This document shows positions 17,418 to 27,346 of a stretch of DNA of 64,000 nucleotides, in pieces. This DNA comes from Proteiniphilum sp. (lineage in GTDB: Bacteria > Bacteroidota > Bacteroidia > Bacteroidales > Dysgonomonadaceae): positions 2,662 to 66,661 of the forward strand of contig JAQVWR010000001.1 of assembly GCA_028709605.1 (NCBI GenBank). Reading direction: 5' to 3'. Every line of letters begins with the position of its first letter. Positions within the stretch are counted from its first letter, which is position 1. The position numbers and the translations under genes are program-made. Below the pieces are notes generated by a model. The model searched no databases. It saw only the letters and a program-made list of their open reading frames with translations, and was not told the DNA's origin.

Positions 17418-19121
17418 TTATTGGTTCAGCAAAGACATGAATTCCTGGTTGGTGCGGTACTTCGCAAATTCCAGATCGTTGATCGTTCTTTGTGCGATCG
17501 TTCTGTCGCGGCCAATGGCTACCCGCAGATTGGAAACCACTTCATTGAAGTTGTTTGTCCTGGAAGCAATGATAGCCAGCAGATAGGCGGTCGTGGCATC
17601 GGGATTCTCCATTGCTTCGAGCGTCTGCTTTGCTTTGTTGTAATCCCTTACCAGCAGATGGGCAAGAGCCGCGTTGTTGGAGATATTGCTGCCATATGCT
17701 CTGACTGCCTGGTTATAGTTGCCTTGTAACAGGTTTAGGATTCCCATGGCTTCTTCCAGACTGGCGGCACCGGCTGAACGTCCCAACAGCTCGTTGGCAT
17801 CATTCATTTTATTCTCCATGATGGCGAGCAATGCCTTGTTCATGTTCACCTCAGGGGCAGAGGGCTTCACTTGTGCCGCACGGTCGAATGCCTGTTTGGC
17901 TTTCGCATAATCACCCTGTTTGTAGAACATGGTTCCGATATTGTTCCATCCCCTGTAGTCGTTTGTGAAGTGGGCAGTGACATACTGATAAATACGCTCC
18001 TTCTCTTTTTCATCGTCCGTCAGCGAAGATGCATAGAGCAGCTCTTCCACCGACAGTTCTTTGGGGTTGTTGTGCCAGGTGCCCATGATCTCCTTGTCCG
18101 ACTTGCCGACGATCTCTATGTTGGCGATGATGCGGGAACGACGCAACTGCGGCAGGATAGTGGTAGCAAGCTCATCAAACACATAAGAGATATTTTTAAT
18201 CTCTCTCTCACGGGTCTCCGAATCGGGGTACATTTCCAGTACACGCAGGATCAACTCCTTGTCCTGCAGGTCGGAAGCCGACACCAGTTGGCGAAATCCG
18301 TCCCAGTCCTGCGCGGTATAATGAGCGTATACATCGGTATCAATGTTGCGCTTGCTCAGTTCCTTCTCCAGATATCCGGAGGTGTTCTTCTCGCGCTGCG
18401 CTGCCAGTCGATCATTGAGGGAGGGGCCCCCGTCGGGTGAAGCAAAGGCTGACACCTCTACGTTGACTTTCTGCCGGGGGTCGTTGAATGCTGCTTCTAC
18501 GCGGCGTTTCCAATCGTTCAGATCACGCTTGTTCAGTTCGCTCTGACGCAGGTTGGCCTGTTGAATGACAAACAGGATGCTGGCTTCCTGTGCCTCTTTG
18601 ATGATCCGCTGGAATCCGTCGGGAGCAACAGAAGGGGTGGCGTTTCGCACATCAGCCAGTGCCGATGTAGCAATCACCCCATCCGCTACCTTCAGGTCTG
18701 GCAGGAGGGAACGTTTGTTTTTGATTCTTCCGTCAAAGCGGAGAAAAAGTTCGGAAGCAATCATCTCCCGTGTGTAAGGAAATGAGGAGCTCATGGTGAA
18801 ATTACCGCCACGATGGTTTGAGATCGTGGTCCGGTTTCCGGAGATATTCTCTCCCTGGAAGCTGTAGGGGGTGCCGGCCAGTTCCCGGTCACCATATTTC
18901 AGGATGGGTGTAATGGTGACGATGCCGTTCTTGTGAAACCATTTTTCGGGAAAGGTTCCGTTGATGGTGACAGGAACCTGGTTGCCCACCGTCTCCATCG
19001 GGGAGGGAGTCACATTGAAATTGTTCTGTGAAAGCGGTTTCAGCTTGCTGCTGCAGGAGGTGGTGCACAATGCCACCCCCATCACAAGCATTAAAGAGAA
19101 ATAAAAAGATTTTTTTTTCAT
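17418..19121 (-). CDS. Lipoprotein with OmpA-like domain and C-terminal TPR repeats
   Basis: Lipoprotein-like signal ending in TTSC; AFASPDG...NDRLAAQR OmpA-like motif; TPR-like helices (GWNNIGTMFYKQGDYAKA). Confidence 0.75.
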   Translation of the reverse strand: MKKKSFYFSLMLVMGVALCTTSCSSKLKPLSQNNFNVTPSPMETVGNQVPVTINGTFPEKWFHKNGIVTITPILKYGDRELAGTPYSFQGENISGNRTTISNHRGGNFTMSSSFPYTREMIASELFLRFDGRIKNKRSLLPDLKVADGVIATSALADVRNATPSVAPDGFQRIIKEAQEASILFVIQQANLRQSELNKRDLNDWKRRVEAAFNDPRQKVNVEVSAFASPDGGPSLNDRLAAQREKNTSGYLEKELSKRNIDTDVYAHYTAQDWDGFRQLVSASDLQDKELILRVLEMYPDSETREREIKNISYVFDELATTILPQLRRSRIIANIEIVGKSDKEIMGTWHNNPKELSVEELLYASSLTDDEKEKERIYQYVTAHFTNDYRGWNNIGTMFYKQGDYAKAKQAFDRAAQVKPSAPEVNMNKALLAIMENKMNDANELLGRSAGAASLEEAMGILNLLQGNYNQAVRAYGSNISNNAALAHLLVRDYNKAKQTLEAMENPDATTAYLLAIIASRTNNFNEVVSNLRVAIGRDRTIAQRTINDLEFAKYRTNQEFMSLLNQ

Positions 19122-19293
19122 GTTGTGATGATTTATTTATCAGATATTTGTATCCGTTGTTCCTTTTACGAATCATTCAGACAAATTTAGCTGTTTTGCA
19201 CTGAAAGAAAAAGAAACCTTTCACAATTTAGGAAATTTTACAGATTGCTTTTGCCCCTTTTTTTCATCCGGCCAGTATCGGGACACAAGCCCT

Positions 19294-20412
19294 TCACTGC
19301 ACCCTGAATCCCAGTTGCCGGAATGTTTCTGACAACCGGTTGTCTGCATGATGGACCGTGAAGGCATGATATTCCCTGCGCAGCGGATATTCCGACCGAA
19401 AACGGTAGAATGCGTCGGGAGATTTTTTCAAAGCGGAAGCATCATCCTTTGGGTGGTAGGTGTGCCAGACGGCATGCGACAGCTGTGCGGCAGCCGGGAG
19501 ATCACCCAGTTCAATCGAGGGCTGTTTCGGAGTGGGGATCTCTGCATACTGTGGCATCAGATCCAAATCAAAAAAACGAATCAGGTTCTCAATACTCATC
19601 TTCGAGGCCGTCCACTTCCCGTCGGCACTGTACCCGGCGATATGGGGAGTAGCGATATCCGTCAGTTGCAGCAGTTCATGGTCAATAACGGGTTCATTTT
19701 CCCAGCAGTCGATCACGGCACCCTGCACCTTACCCCTGAGCAACGCCTCTGTGAGTGACCGGTTACAGGTAACCCCGCCCCGTGCGGCGTTGATGATGAA
19801 AGGTTTATTGGGCAGGTTGTCATAGAAACGATCACCGGCAAGATGAAAAGTAGGGTATTTCCCGGATCGGGTGAGCGGGGTGTGAAAGGTGATGAAATCG
19901 GCTTCACGTTTGATGGTTTCCAAGTCAGTAAAATGCCCTGTTCCTTCCCGTTCTTCCCGGGGAGGGTCATTGAGCAGTACCCGCATGCCGAGCTTTTGGC
20001 AGGCTGCGGCGACTTTGCTGCCCACATTTCCTACTCCCACGATGCCGATGGTCATGCCCGGCAGATCAAACCTGTGTTGATCCGCCAACAGGAGCAGAGA
20101 AGCGGTGATATATTGTTCCACCGAGGCGGCGTTGCAGCCGGGGGCCGTGCGCCAGGCGATGCCATGAGCATCACACCAGGCAGTATCGATATGGTCATAG
20201 CCGATGGTGGCGGAACAGATCAGTTGTACGTTGCTCCCGGAAAGAAGCTCCTCTCCGAAGGGAGTCACCGTACGCACGATCAGCGCATCCCTGTTGCGGA
20301 TGGCCTCACGGGTAAACTGGTTGCCCGGCAGGTATTCCACTTCTCCTATCTGCTCGGCTACCCCTCTCAGATAGGGGATATGCGCATCAGCCAATATCTT
20401 TGGTCTCCTCAT
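19294..20412 (-). CDS. pdxB: 4-phosphoerythronate dehydrogenase
   Basis: SATIGYDHID, APGCNA, GIVGVGNVG, FHTPLT, TPHIAGYS; ATGA overlap with upstream gene. Confidence 0.9.
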   Translation of the reverse strand: MRRPKILADAHIPYLRGVAEQIGEVEYLPGNQFTREAIRNRDALIVRTVTPFGEELLSGSNVQLICSATIGYDHIDTAWCDAHGIAWRTAPGCNAASVEQYITASLLLLADQHRFDLPGMTIGIVGVGNVGSKVAAACQKLGMRVLLNDPPREEREGTGHFTDLETIKREADFITFHTPLTRSGKYPTFHLAGDRFYDNLPNKPFIINAARGGVTCNRSLTEALLRGKVQGAVIDCWENEPVIDHELLQLTDIATPHIAGYSADGKWTASKMSIENLIRFFDLDLMPQYAEIPTPKQPSIELGDLPAAAQLSHAVWHTYHPKDDASALKKSPDAFYRFRSEYPLRREYHAFTVHHADNRLSETFRQLGFRVQ

Positions 20413-21884
20413 GATTGTCCGGCTTGTAAGTGTGCATGCATCGCTTGGGCCGCTTTGCGTCCGTCGCCCATGGCGAGGATCACCGTAGCTCCTCCGCGCA
20501 CGATGTCGCCGCCGGCAAAGATCATCTGATCGGCAGTTTGCATGGTTTCCCGATTTACTTCAATTGTGCCCCTGGGGGTGATTTCTATTCCACTAAAACT
20601 CTGTGGTATCAGGGGGTTGGGGGAGACCCCCACGCTGACAATCACTTCATCTACCTCCAGCCATACCGTATCCCCTTCTATTGCCACGGGGCGTCGGCGT
20701 CCCGACGGATCTGGCTCTCCCAGTTGCATCCTTTGCAGGAGCATCCGTTGTACCCGTCCCCGCTCATCCCCCTCATAGCGGAGCGGGTTGTACAGGGTAT
20801 AAAACTCAATTCCTTCTTCTCTGGCATGCTTGATTTCCTCGATGCGCGCCGGCATCTCTTCTTCCGAGCGGCGATAAATAATCATCGCCTTTTCGGCACC
20901 CAGGCGACGTGCGGTACGCACCGCATCCATAGCGGTGTTGCCGCCGCCGATCACAGCCACTCTCTTTCCCATATGTACAGGGGTATCGCTTTCAGGATCG
21001 GCAGCCTGCATCAGGTTGACCCGGGTAAGGTACTCATTGCACGACATGATGCCGATCAGGTTTTCACCCGGAATGTTCATGAAGTTGGGTAAGCCGGCAC
21101 CGCTCCCCACGAAGATTCCCTGATAACCTTCCTCTCTGAGATCTTCCTGAGAGAGGGTTTTGCCAATAATGCAGTTGGTCTCGAACTTTACCCCCATCTT
21201 CCGCAAACCGTCGATCTCGATGTCGACGATCTCTTTGGGCAGACGAAACTCCGGGATGCCGTATCGCAATACCCCGCCCAGCTCGTGCAACGCCTCAAAG
21301 ACGGTCACGTCGTAACCGAACTTGACCATGTCGCCGGCAAAGGCCAGTCCGGCCGGCCCGGAGCCCACCACGGCGATCTTTATGCCATTGGAGGGAGCGA
21401 TCTCCGGTAGGGAGATTTGGCCGCTCTGCCGTTCATAGTCGGCTGCAAACCGCTCCAGGTAACCGATGGCTACCGGTTCCTTTTTCAGTTTCAGGGTGTA
21501 AAAACACTGGCTCTCACATTGTCGCTCCTGCGGACAGACCCGTCCGCAGACAGCCGGCAGGGCGCTGGTCTCCTTCAGCGTGCGGGCAGCCTCCAGAAAT
21601 TCACCCCGCTCAATGTTCTTGACAAACTTAGGAATGTTGATCTCTACCGGGCAGCCGGTGATGCAGGTGGGATTCACACAGTCGAGACAGCGATGCGCTT
21701 CTCCGATAGCCAGCTCAGCGGTCAGTCCCATGTTCACCTCGTCGTAGGTATGACTGCGCACCTGCGGATCTGCTTCGGGCATCTTTACCCGCGGGATAGC
21801 GGTGCGATCCTTGTTCTTCATCGTGTTGCGCAACGCTTCACGCCACTCCTGCGCCCGTTCCGCCTGTAAATAATCACTCATCAT
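20409..21884 (-). CDS. gltA: NADPH-dependent glutamate-synthase-small-chain-like flavoprotein (GltA/SudA/NfnB family)
   Basis: RCLDC..PTCITGCPV and VCGRVCPQERQCE Fe-S motifs; GSGPAG, GGGNTAMD, FAGGD. Confidence 0.88.
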   Translation of the reverse strand: MMSDYLQAERAQEWREALRNTMKNKDRTAIPRVKMPEADPQVRSHTYDEVNMGLTAELAIGEAHRCLDCVNPTCITGCPVEINIPKFVKNIERGEFLEAARTLKETSALPAVCGRVCPQERQCESQCFYTLKLKKEPVAIGYLERFAADYERQSGQISLPEIAPSNGIKIAVVGSGPAGLAFAGDMVKFGYDVTVFEALHELGGVLRYGIPEFRLPKEIVDIEIDGLRKMGVKFETNCIIGKTLSQEDLREEGYQGIFVGSGAGLPNFMNIPGENLIGIMSCNEYLTRVNLMQAADPESDTPVHMGKRVAVIGGGNTAMDAVRTARRLGAEKAMIIYRRSEEEMPARIEEIKHAREEGIEFYTLYNPLRYEGDERGRVQRMLLQRMQLGEPDPSGRRRPVAIEGDTVWLEVDEVIVSVGVSPNPLIPQSFSGIEITPRGTIEVNRETMQTADQMIFAGGDIVRGGATVILAMGDGRKAAQAMHAHLQAGQS

Positions 21885-21943
21885 CTGTTGATTCAGGTTC
21901 TTTGTATTATGAAAGTAATACTTCGGATATCTATTGTAATATA

Positions 21944-22726
21944 TTAGTTGTAAGCCTTTAATCGCATCAACATCTCGTCAAAGTCGACTTGGTGGGCATC
22001 AAACTCGGGGCCGTCGATACAGACAAACCGTGTCTTTCCTCCTACCGTCACACGACAGGCTCCGCACATGCCGGTGCCGTCGACCATAATGGTGTTGAGT
22101 GAAGCGATGGTGGGCACCTCATATTTCCTGGTCAGCTCCGACACGAATTTCATCATGATGGCCGGGCCGATAGTGACGCACAGATCCACCTTCTCGCGCA
22201 GGATCACCTTCTCGACGCCCGCGGTAATCAACCCTTTCTCTCCATATGAGCCGTCGTCGGTCATGATGATCACCTCATCGGAGTGATGCCGCACCTGATC
22301 TTCGAGGATGATCAGATCCTTAGAGCGGGCTGCCAGCACTGAGATCACCCGGTTGCCCGCATGCTGCATCGCTTCAATGATGGGCAACATGGGGGCTACG
22401 CCTACGCCGCCGCCGGCACAGACCACCGTGCCGAAATTTTCAATATGGGTGGCCTTTCCCAGCGGACCCACCATATCGGTGATGTAATCACCCACCTCCA
22501 GTTGGCAGAGTTTCTCAGACGATTTTCCCACGCGCTGGATCACCAGCGTGATGGTTCCTTTTTGCGGATCGGCAGATGCAATGGTGTAGGGGACCCGTTC
22601 CCCCTTCTTTCCCACGCGCACGATCACGAAATGGCCTGCCCGACGGCTGTGTGCAATCAGGGGAGCTTCCACCTCAAATTTCACGACTTTGTCCGAGAAA
22701 TACTCTTTCCCTACAATCTTGTTCAT
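21944..22726 (-). CDS. FAD/NAD-binding 2Fe-2S subunit (SudB/NfnA family)
   Basis: GERVPYTIA, GPLG, GGGVG, MVDGTGMCGACRV...CIDGPEF; directly upstream of the NfnB-like gene. Confidence 0.88.
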   Translation of the reverse strand: MNKIVGKEYFSDKVVKFEVEAPLIAHSRRAGHFVIVRVGKKGERVPYTIASADPQKGTITLVIQRVGKSSEKLCQLEVGDYITDMVGPLGKATHIENFGTVVCAGGGVGVAPMLPIIEAMQHAGNRVISVLAARSKDLIILEDQVRHHSDEVIIMTDDGSYGEKGLITAGVEKVILREKVDLCVTIGPAIMMKFVSELTRKYEVPTIASLNTIMVDGTGMCGACRVTVGGKTRFVCIDGPEFDAHQVDFDEMLMRLKAYN

Positions 22727-22903
22727 CTTAATACGGATTTCTGATTTCGATGTGTAATTTATTTTTACAAAAATACGATATTTTTATGGGTATGAAAGTC
22801 AATTTTCTCATAAAATATAGCGAAACGAGACCGGATGCACAAATTTAAACAGGTGCTCCCGAAAAAAAAAAGGCTGCTGCTTGCAGCTATTAAACCTTTT
22901 GCG

Positions 22904-22911
22904 TACTTTTG
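22904..22911 (+). promoter_or_regulatory. Primary-sigma -7 box for ssrA
   Basis: TACTTTTG with CTTG 20 nt upstream. Confidence 0.6.
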
Positions 22912-22953
22912 TGTCATACAAACACCTGAATCAATTGCTTTCAGGGTTCTATC

Positions 22954-23353
22954 GGGGCTGTTTGGCTTTGACAGCGGGTAGAAGAGGTTTGTAAGCATGC
23001 AGTGCGTGGTCTGCTGGCACTTTAATCCCAAAAGACAAACAAGTAACTGGCAATAACAATTACGCTCTTGCTGCGTAACCGAAGTACAGTAGGTTAATCG
23101 CTTAATTCTGCCACCAGGTGGCGGAACAGGACATCACCCGGAAGCTGTGGCTTCGAAGCGTTCCTATCAGGTGGTGCAGGTAAATCGGAGATAGGTTAGG
23201 TGAGGCTTCGGCACCTTCCCGAAAATTAAGAAGATAAGGAATGAGTATGATGGCTTCAGTCGCGCTCTTTCCCGACAACCAAAATGAAGCTAAGCATGTA
23301 GAAAGCAGATTGCTTCCTCGTTTGGACGAGGGTTCGACTCCCTCCAGCTCCAC
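22954..23353 (+). ncRNA. ssrA: tmRNA (SsrA)
   Basis: 5' GGGGCTGTTTGGCTTTGAC; tag ORF 23049-23078 GNNNYALAA-stop; 3' GAGGGTTCGACTCCCTCCAGCTCCAC T-arm/acceptor. Confidence 0.96.
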
Positions 23354-23421
23354 AAAAACACTGAAAATGAGCGCTTTATGTAAACTATATGCATAATTTC
23401 GCACATTGTCGGTGTTTTTTT
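23354..23421 (+). terminator. Long imperfect hairpin plus T-tract after tmRNA
   Basis: AAAAACACTGAAAATG / CATTGTCGGTGTTTTT (14 of 16 complementary), inner TTATGTA/TGCATAA stem. Confidence 0.6.
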
Positions 23422-23449
23422 ATGCCATGTCGACAACATCTTTAGCCTT

Positions 23450-23911
23450 TTATCTGTTCCGGCCGTTGCCCCGGTTGCTTCTGAAGTTGGAGACCTCTTT
23501 CTGGATAAAACTTCTCTCAGCCTGCTGGGCCCGGTAAAGCTTCTCCGGGGTAAGTACCTTCTCGAACTTGGAAGAGTACTCCTTATCCAGTGCCGCCTCT
23601 CTCATTTTCAGCTCCACATCGTCCTCCAGCATCTTTCTGTACTCCTCCTCCGATATGTTATTGTTCTCCTTGATACGCTCTATTTTTTCCCTGTGCTGAC
23701 GGTGGAGTTCAAATTTTTTTTTGGTCAGTTCGTTATTCAGCGGGAAATATTTATCGGCTTCCGTGCGGCTCAGATCCGCCTCCTTTTGTACATACTCTTT
23801 CTTGCGTTTTTCATATTCAGCCATATTCATCTTTCTGTTCTGGGCACTTACCGTAAGAACCTGTAGCGGAAGCATGACCAAACAAATCAACAAAATGATA
23901 TTTTTTTTCAT
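23450..23911 (-). CDS. Exported helical protein (Spy/CpxP-like composition) in the ECF module
   Basis: Signal peptide MKKNIILLICLVML..SAQ; charged helices; VLTPEK motif. Confidence 0.6.
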   Translation of the reverse strand: MKKNIILLICLVMLPLQVLTVSAQNRKMNMAEYEKRKKEYVQKEADLSRTEADKYFPLNNELTKKKFELHRQHREKIERIKENNNISEEEYRKMLEDDVELKMREAALDKEYSSKFEKVLTPEKLYRAQQAERSFIQKEVSNFRSNRGNGRNR

Positions 23912-23947
23912 AACCGTTCTCTCCTGTAAATAAGTTGCATGATACAT

Positions 23948-24361
23948 TCAGTTCAAATAGTAGTGATCATACATATAATCAAAATATCCTTCTTTAGTCA
24001 GTTGGTCTTCCAGATACTGATAGAACTCCTCTTCGGTGATCTGTCCGGCAGAGCCGTTGTTTCCCGGTTGGGAAGACGCCGCAGGTGACGGTTGAACGAC
24101 CGGCTGACGGGAAGCCATATTATCAATGCCGGATTGCTTCGTCAGAAATTGAATGGTGATGTATAAACCGACAAACATTGCAGCCATGTATACCCAAGGC
24201 TTCACCTTGTCCCATAAGGGTACTCTCCGGGGTTGAACCGGCTCTTTCTCCGGGAGGCGATTCATGATCTCTTCATTCAATCGGGCGAAATAGTTTTCGG
24301 GCACTTTAAAGGGCCTTCCGGAGCGATCTATTTCTTCTAATTTGTTGAAACGAGACTTCAT
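23948..24361 (-). CDS. Single-pass membrane protein, probable anti-sigma factor
   Basis: PFKVPENYF motif, one TM segment (WVYMAAMFVGLYI), directly downstream of the ECF sigma gene. Confidence 0.7.
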   Translation of the reverse strand: MKSRFNKLEEIDRSGRPFKVPENYFARLNEEIMNRLPEKEPVQPRRVPLWDKVKPWVYMAAMFVGLYITIQFLTKQSGIDNMASRQPVVQPSPAASSQPGNNGSAGQITEEEFYQYLEDQLTKEGYFDYMYDHYYLN

Positions 24362-24426
24362 ACGATTGTTATCTATTGAGGTTCATGCACTTTTCACACC
24401 CTTCCTTACCGGACTCTACTGTTGAA

Positions 24427-24453
24427 TAGACGCAGTGATCCGTAAAAGGTTTA
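24427..24453 (-). promoter_or_regulatory. ECF-type promoter overlapping the sigma-factor stop codon
   Basis: Minus strand TAAAC-N16-CGTCTA (AAAC 24452-24449, CGTC 24432-24429). Confidence 0.6.
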
Positions 24454-25002
24454 ATTGTTTTCTCCTAAAAACTTTTCAATTTTTTTGACGGCATGATGAT
24501 AGGATGCCTTCAGTGCACCTACCGAGGTACCGAGGATATCCGACATCTCATCGTATTTCATCTCTTCGAAGTATTTCATCTGAAACACAAGACGCTGTTT
24601 TTCGGGGAGGGTGAGGATCGCTTTTTGCAGACGGAGCTGTGCTTCATCACCGTCAAAATACTCATCGCTCTCCAGCACATTGATCAGGAACGAATCGTCC
24701 GCATCGATCGAGACATTGTTCTGGCTCCGCTTTTTGTTCAAAAAAGTGATGCTTTCGTTGATGGCGATGCGATAAAGCCAGGTAGTGAGTTTGGCGTCTC
24801 CCCTGAAGTTCTCCAGGTTGGACCATGCTTTCATCAATACATCCTGAAGAATGTCGTTCGCATCGTCGTGGGATAGCACCATCTTCCGGATCTGCCAATA
24901 GAGCCGTTCACTGTATTCCGAAACCAGCCGGGCAAACCCCTGCCTGACGGTGTGCGGATCCCGCAACCTTTCCAGTAAATTTTCGTCGTTGTTCATTTCC
25001 AT
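24451..25002 (-). CDS. ECF RNA polymerase sigma-70 factor
   Basis: DANDILQD, FRGDAKLTTWLYRIA, LPEKQRLVF...GTSVGALKASYH; start 25002 supported by TACCTTTG box at 25027-25020. Confidence 0.93.
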   Translation of the reverse strand: MEMNNDENLLERLRDPHTVRQGFARLVSEYSERLYWQIRKMVLSHDDANDILQDVLMKAWSNLENFRGDAKLTTWLYRIAINESITFLNKKRSQNNVSIDADDSFLINVLESDEYFDGDEAQLRLQKAILTLPEKQRLVFQMKYFEEMKYDEMSDILGTSVGALKASYHHAVKKIEKFLGENN

Positions 25003-25048
25003 AGGTGTGGCATTCAGGGCAAAGGTAAGGTTTTTTTGCACTTCTGTC

Positions 25049-26137
25049 TCAGTTGTCATCCCCATTTTCAAACCATCTCACGAAATTTCCCGCAGCATCC
25101 TTGTGCTGCTGCCACCACTCCAGCGATTCGGGGTAATAAGAGACGCTGATATAACGGCAAAAGGTGTTGTAATAGTCCGATTGTTCAATATGTGCGAAAA
25201 AAGGAATGTAATAGGTCCAGAAAATACCCTCTTTCGGGCCAATGCTCTCCGCTTCCAGAACCTTCATGATCTTTCTGTTCACGGTCATAAACAGTTTGAA
25301 TTCGTCTGCTTCCGCATCGTTTTTTTTCAGAGAGTCGAGGGTGCCGGTGATGGCCCGGTACACCATGCTCCGATCCAGCCCCTCTTCCGTGGTGAGGGGA
25401 GGCATCTTATTCGGTTGAACCGAAGCCTCAGGCTTGTTGCGCATCATCTGTTGTTGAATGAATGATCGCTCTACCGGCGCTTCACTCTTTTTGAGGCACA
25501 TGGTTTGCAACATCTCCTCAAATGCATTCTTCGACCGTTTACTGTCAGGCTCCAAAAGCAGGAACATCTGAAAAGAAAGGATGCTCTGCACCCACAACCC
25601 TTTTTCGTTCAGCACATACGCGTTGAGCAGAAAAGCGCCGCTCGGTGTCTTGTCAAGGTCTATGGCCCTTCTGACATGGATCAGGGCCTTATCCGTATCT
25701 CCCTGTTTATAATAGTTGATGGCCAGGTTGAAATGAAGCAGATACTCATCGCCATATTTTTCCAATCCCTGCTGCAGCAATGCGATGGCTTTATCGGCCT
25801 GCCCCATCTCTCCGAGCGCCTCACTCTTCACAGCGTACGCTCCGGGAGAAAGCTGTTTGTTCTCCGATTCGATCACGGCAGCACTGTACTTTTCGGCATT
25901 TGCATAATCTTTCAGAGCCAGGTATGATAGCGATAGTTCATAGACTGCCTGTATACAATTGGGCTCCAGTCCTAAAGCCTCCATGTATTTTCCGATTGCT
26001 TTCTCGTATTCTCCTTCGTCGTGGAGAGCCACCCCTTCGCGTATCAGCGTTTGTACACCCGAATGCTGACCAACCACAACGGCAGGAGCAGCGATGACAA
26101 AAAAACAGAGTAATAATATGATCTTATTCATGCTCAA
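25049..26137 (-). CDS. Exported TPR-repeat protein
   Basis: Signal peptide then several TPR-like repeats (GVALHDEGEYEKAI, LHFNLAINYYKQG). Confidence 0.8.
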   Translation of the reverse strand: MSMNKIILLLCFFVIAAPAVVVGQHSGVQTLIREGVALHDEGEYEKAIGKYMEALGLEPNCIQAVYELSLSYLALKDYANAEKYSAAVIESENKQLSPGAYAVKSEALGEMGQADKAIALLQQGLEKYGDEYLLHFNLAINYYKQGDTDKALIHVRRAIDLDKTPSGAFLLNAYVLNEKGLWVQSILSFQMFLLLEPDSKRSKNAFEEMLQTMCLKKSEAPVERSFIQQQMMRNKPEASVQPNKMPPLTTEEGLDRSMVYRAITGTLDSLKKNDAEADEFKLFMTVNRKIMKVLEAESIGPKEGIFWTYYIPFFAHIEQSDYYNTFCRYISVSYYPESLEWWQQHKDAAGNFVRWFENGDDN

Positions 26138-26453
26138 TTTTTCCTGTGTGTTTTCCGACGCTCAATCAGGGAAAATCTTCGTAAAAGCTCCCCTGCCGAG
26201 AGATGAAAACAAACGGTTCAAAGGGTAAAAGTAAGAAAAAAAATATATTCCAAACGAGATCCGAAAGGAATTTGCTCTTTTTGTAACACTAATAAACATA
26301 TGGGAAAGATAAATAAAAAATATTTACATTCTTTCGTTGCAAAGAATGTCGTACCTTTGTCGGCGTAAAAAAGTTGCCATGCCTGCCTCTGTCACCTTAC
26401 GACAAACAGTCGTCGTGCGGCTCAATCAAAGAGACAATCCATCCCGAAATCAT

Positions 26454-27293
26454 ATGCAATACAATCAAGCAATATTCAATTGTGTACCCAATACGGAACT
26501 GGTTACGGATATTCTCTCAGCCTTACTGGCTGAGATCGGGTTCGAAACATTTATCCGGGCAGAAGACGGACTGGAGGCCTATGTGCCTCTTCCGCTCTAC
26601 GACCGGAGAGAGGTGGATAAGGTGATTGCCTCTTTCCCGGTGGAAGCGGCGATCACCTATACTGTCCGAAGTATGGAAGATAAAAACTGGAACGAAGAGT
26701 GGGAGAAAAATTATTTCCAGCCCATCACCATTGATGAAGAGTGCTGCATTTACAGCTCCTTCCATCATCCTGAGGGATCATTCCGTTACGGCATCCTGAT
26801 CGACCCGAAGATGGCATTCGGTACCGGTCATCATCAGACAACCGGACTGATCCTGAGGGAGATACTGGAGATGCAACTGGAGCAGAAGAGTGTTCTCGAC
26901 ATGGGGTGCGGCACCGGTATATTGGCCATCCTGGCCTCATTGAAGGGGGCAGACCCCGTGACCGCCATCGACATCGAAGAGTGGGCCTATCACAACGCCT
27001 GCGAAAATGTGCAGCTGAACCATGCCGGCAATATCAGGGTGCAATGCGGGGATGCGGGGATGTTGGGAGATGAGACCTTTGATGTGATCTTTGCCAATAT
27101 CAACAGGAACATTCTTCTGAAGGACCTGCCGCAATATGCCGGCGTGCTGAACAGAGGAGGAACAATCATCTTGAGCGGCTTTTATCTGGAGGATCTCCCT
27201 TCCATCCGGTCAAAAGCGGAAGAGCTGGGGCTTTCATTCAACCATGTAAGGGAAATGGATCAGTGGGTTGCCGCCACATTTGTGAAGGAATGA
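26454..27293 (+). CDS. prmA: 50S ribosomal protein L11 methyltransferase
   Basis: NWNEEWEK, IDPKMAFGTGHHQTT, VLDMGCGTGILA, ANINRN. Confidence 0.95.
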   Translation: MQYNQAIFNCVPNTELVTDILSALLAEIGFETFIRAEDGLEAYVPLPLYDRREVDKVIASFPVEAAITYTVRSMEDKNWNEEWEKNYFQPITIDEECCIYSSFHHPEGSFRYGILIDPKMAFGTGHHQTTGLILREILEMQLEQKSVLDMGCGTGILAILASLKGADPVTAIDIEEWAYHNACENVQLNHAGNIRVQCGDAGMLGDETFDVIFANINRNILLKDLPQYAGVLNRGGTIILSGFYLEDLPSIRSKAEELGLSFNHVREMDQWVAATFVKE

Positions 27294-27310
27294 AAAAAAG
27301 CGTACCTTTG
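27279..27310 (+). promoter_or_regulatory. Primary-sigma promoter for the transporter gene
   Basis: TTTG (27279-82), 20 nt, TACCTTTG (27303-10). Confidence 0.7.
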
Positions 27311-27346
27311 CACCGTTTTACACAATATTCTTAGGTTATTGAAACA

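Noticed and set aside
23102-23404. 100-aa ORF
   Set aside because: Antisense to the tmRNA gene
25003-25071. N-terminal extension of the ECF sigma in the ORF track
   Set aside because: Overlaps the upstream gene and a TAnnTTTG promoter box; similar extensions were trimmed for prmA, malQ, ung, pheS, sufB and others
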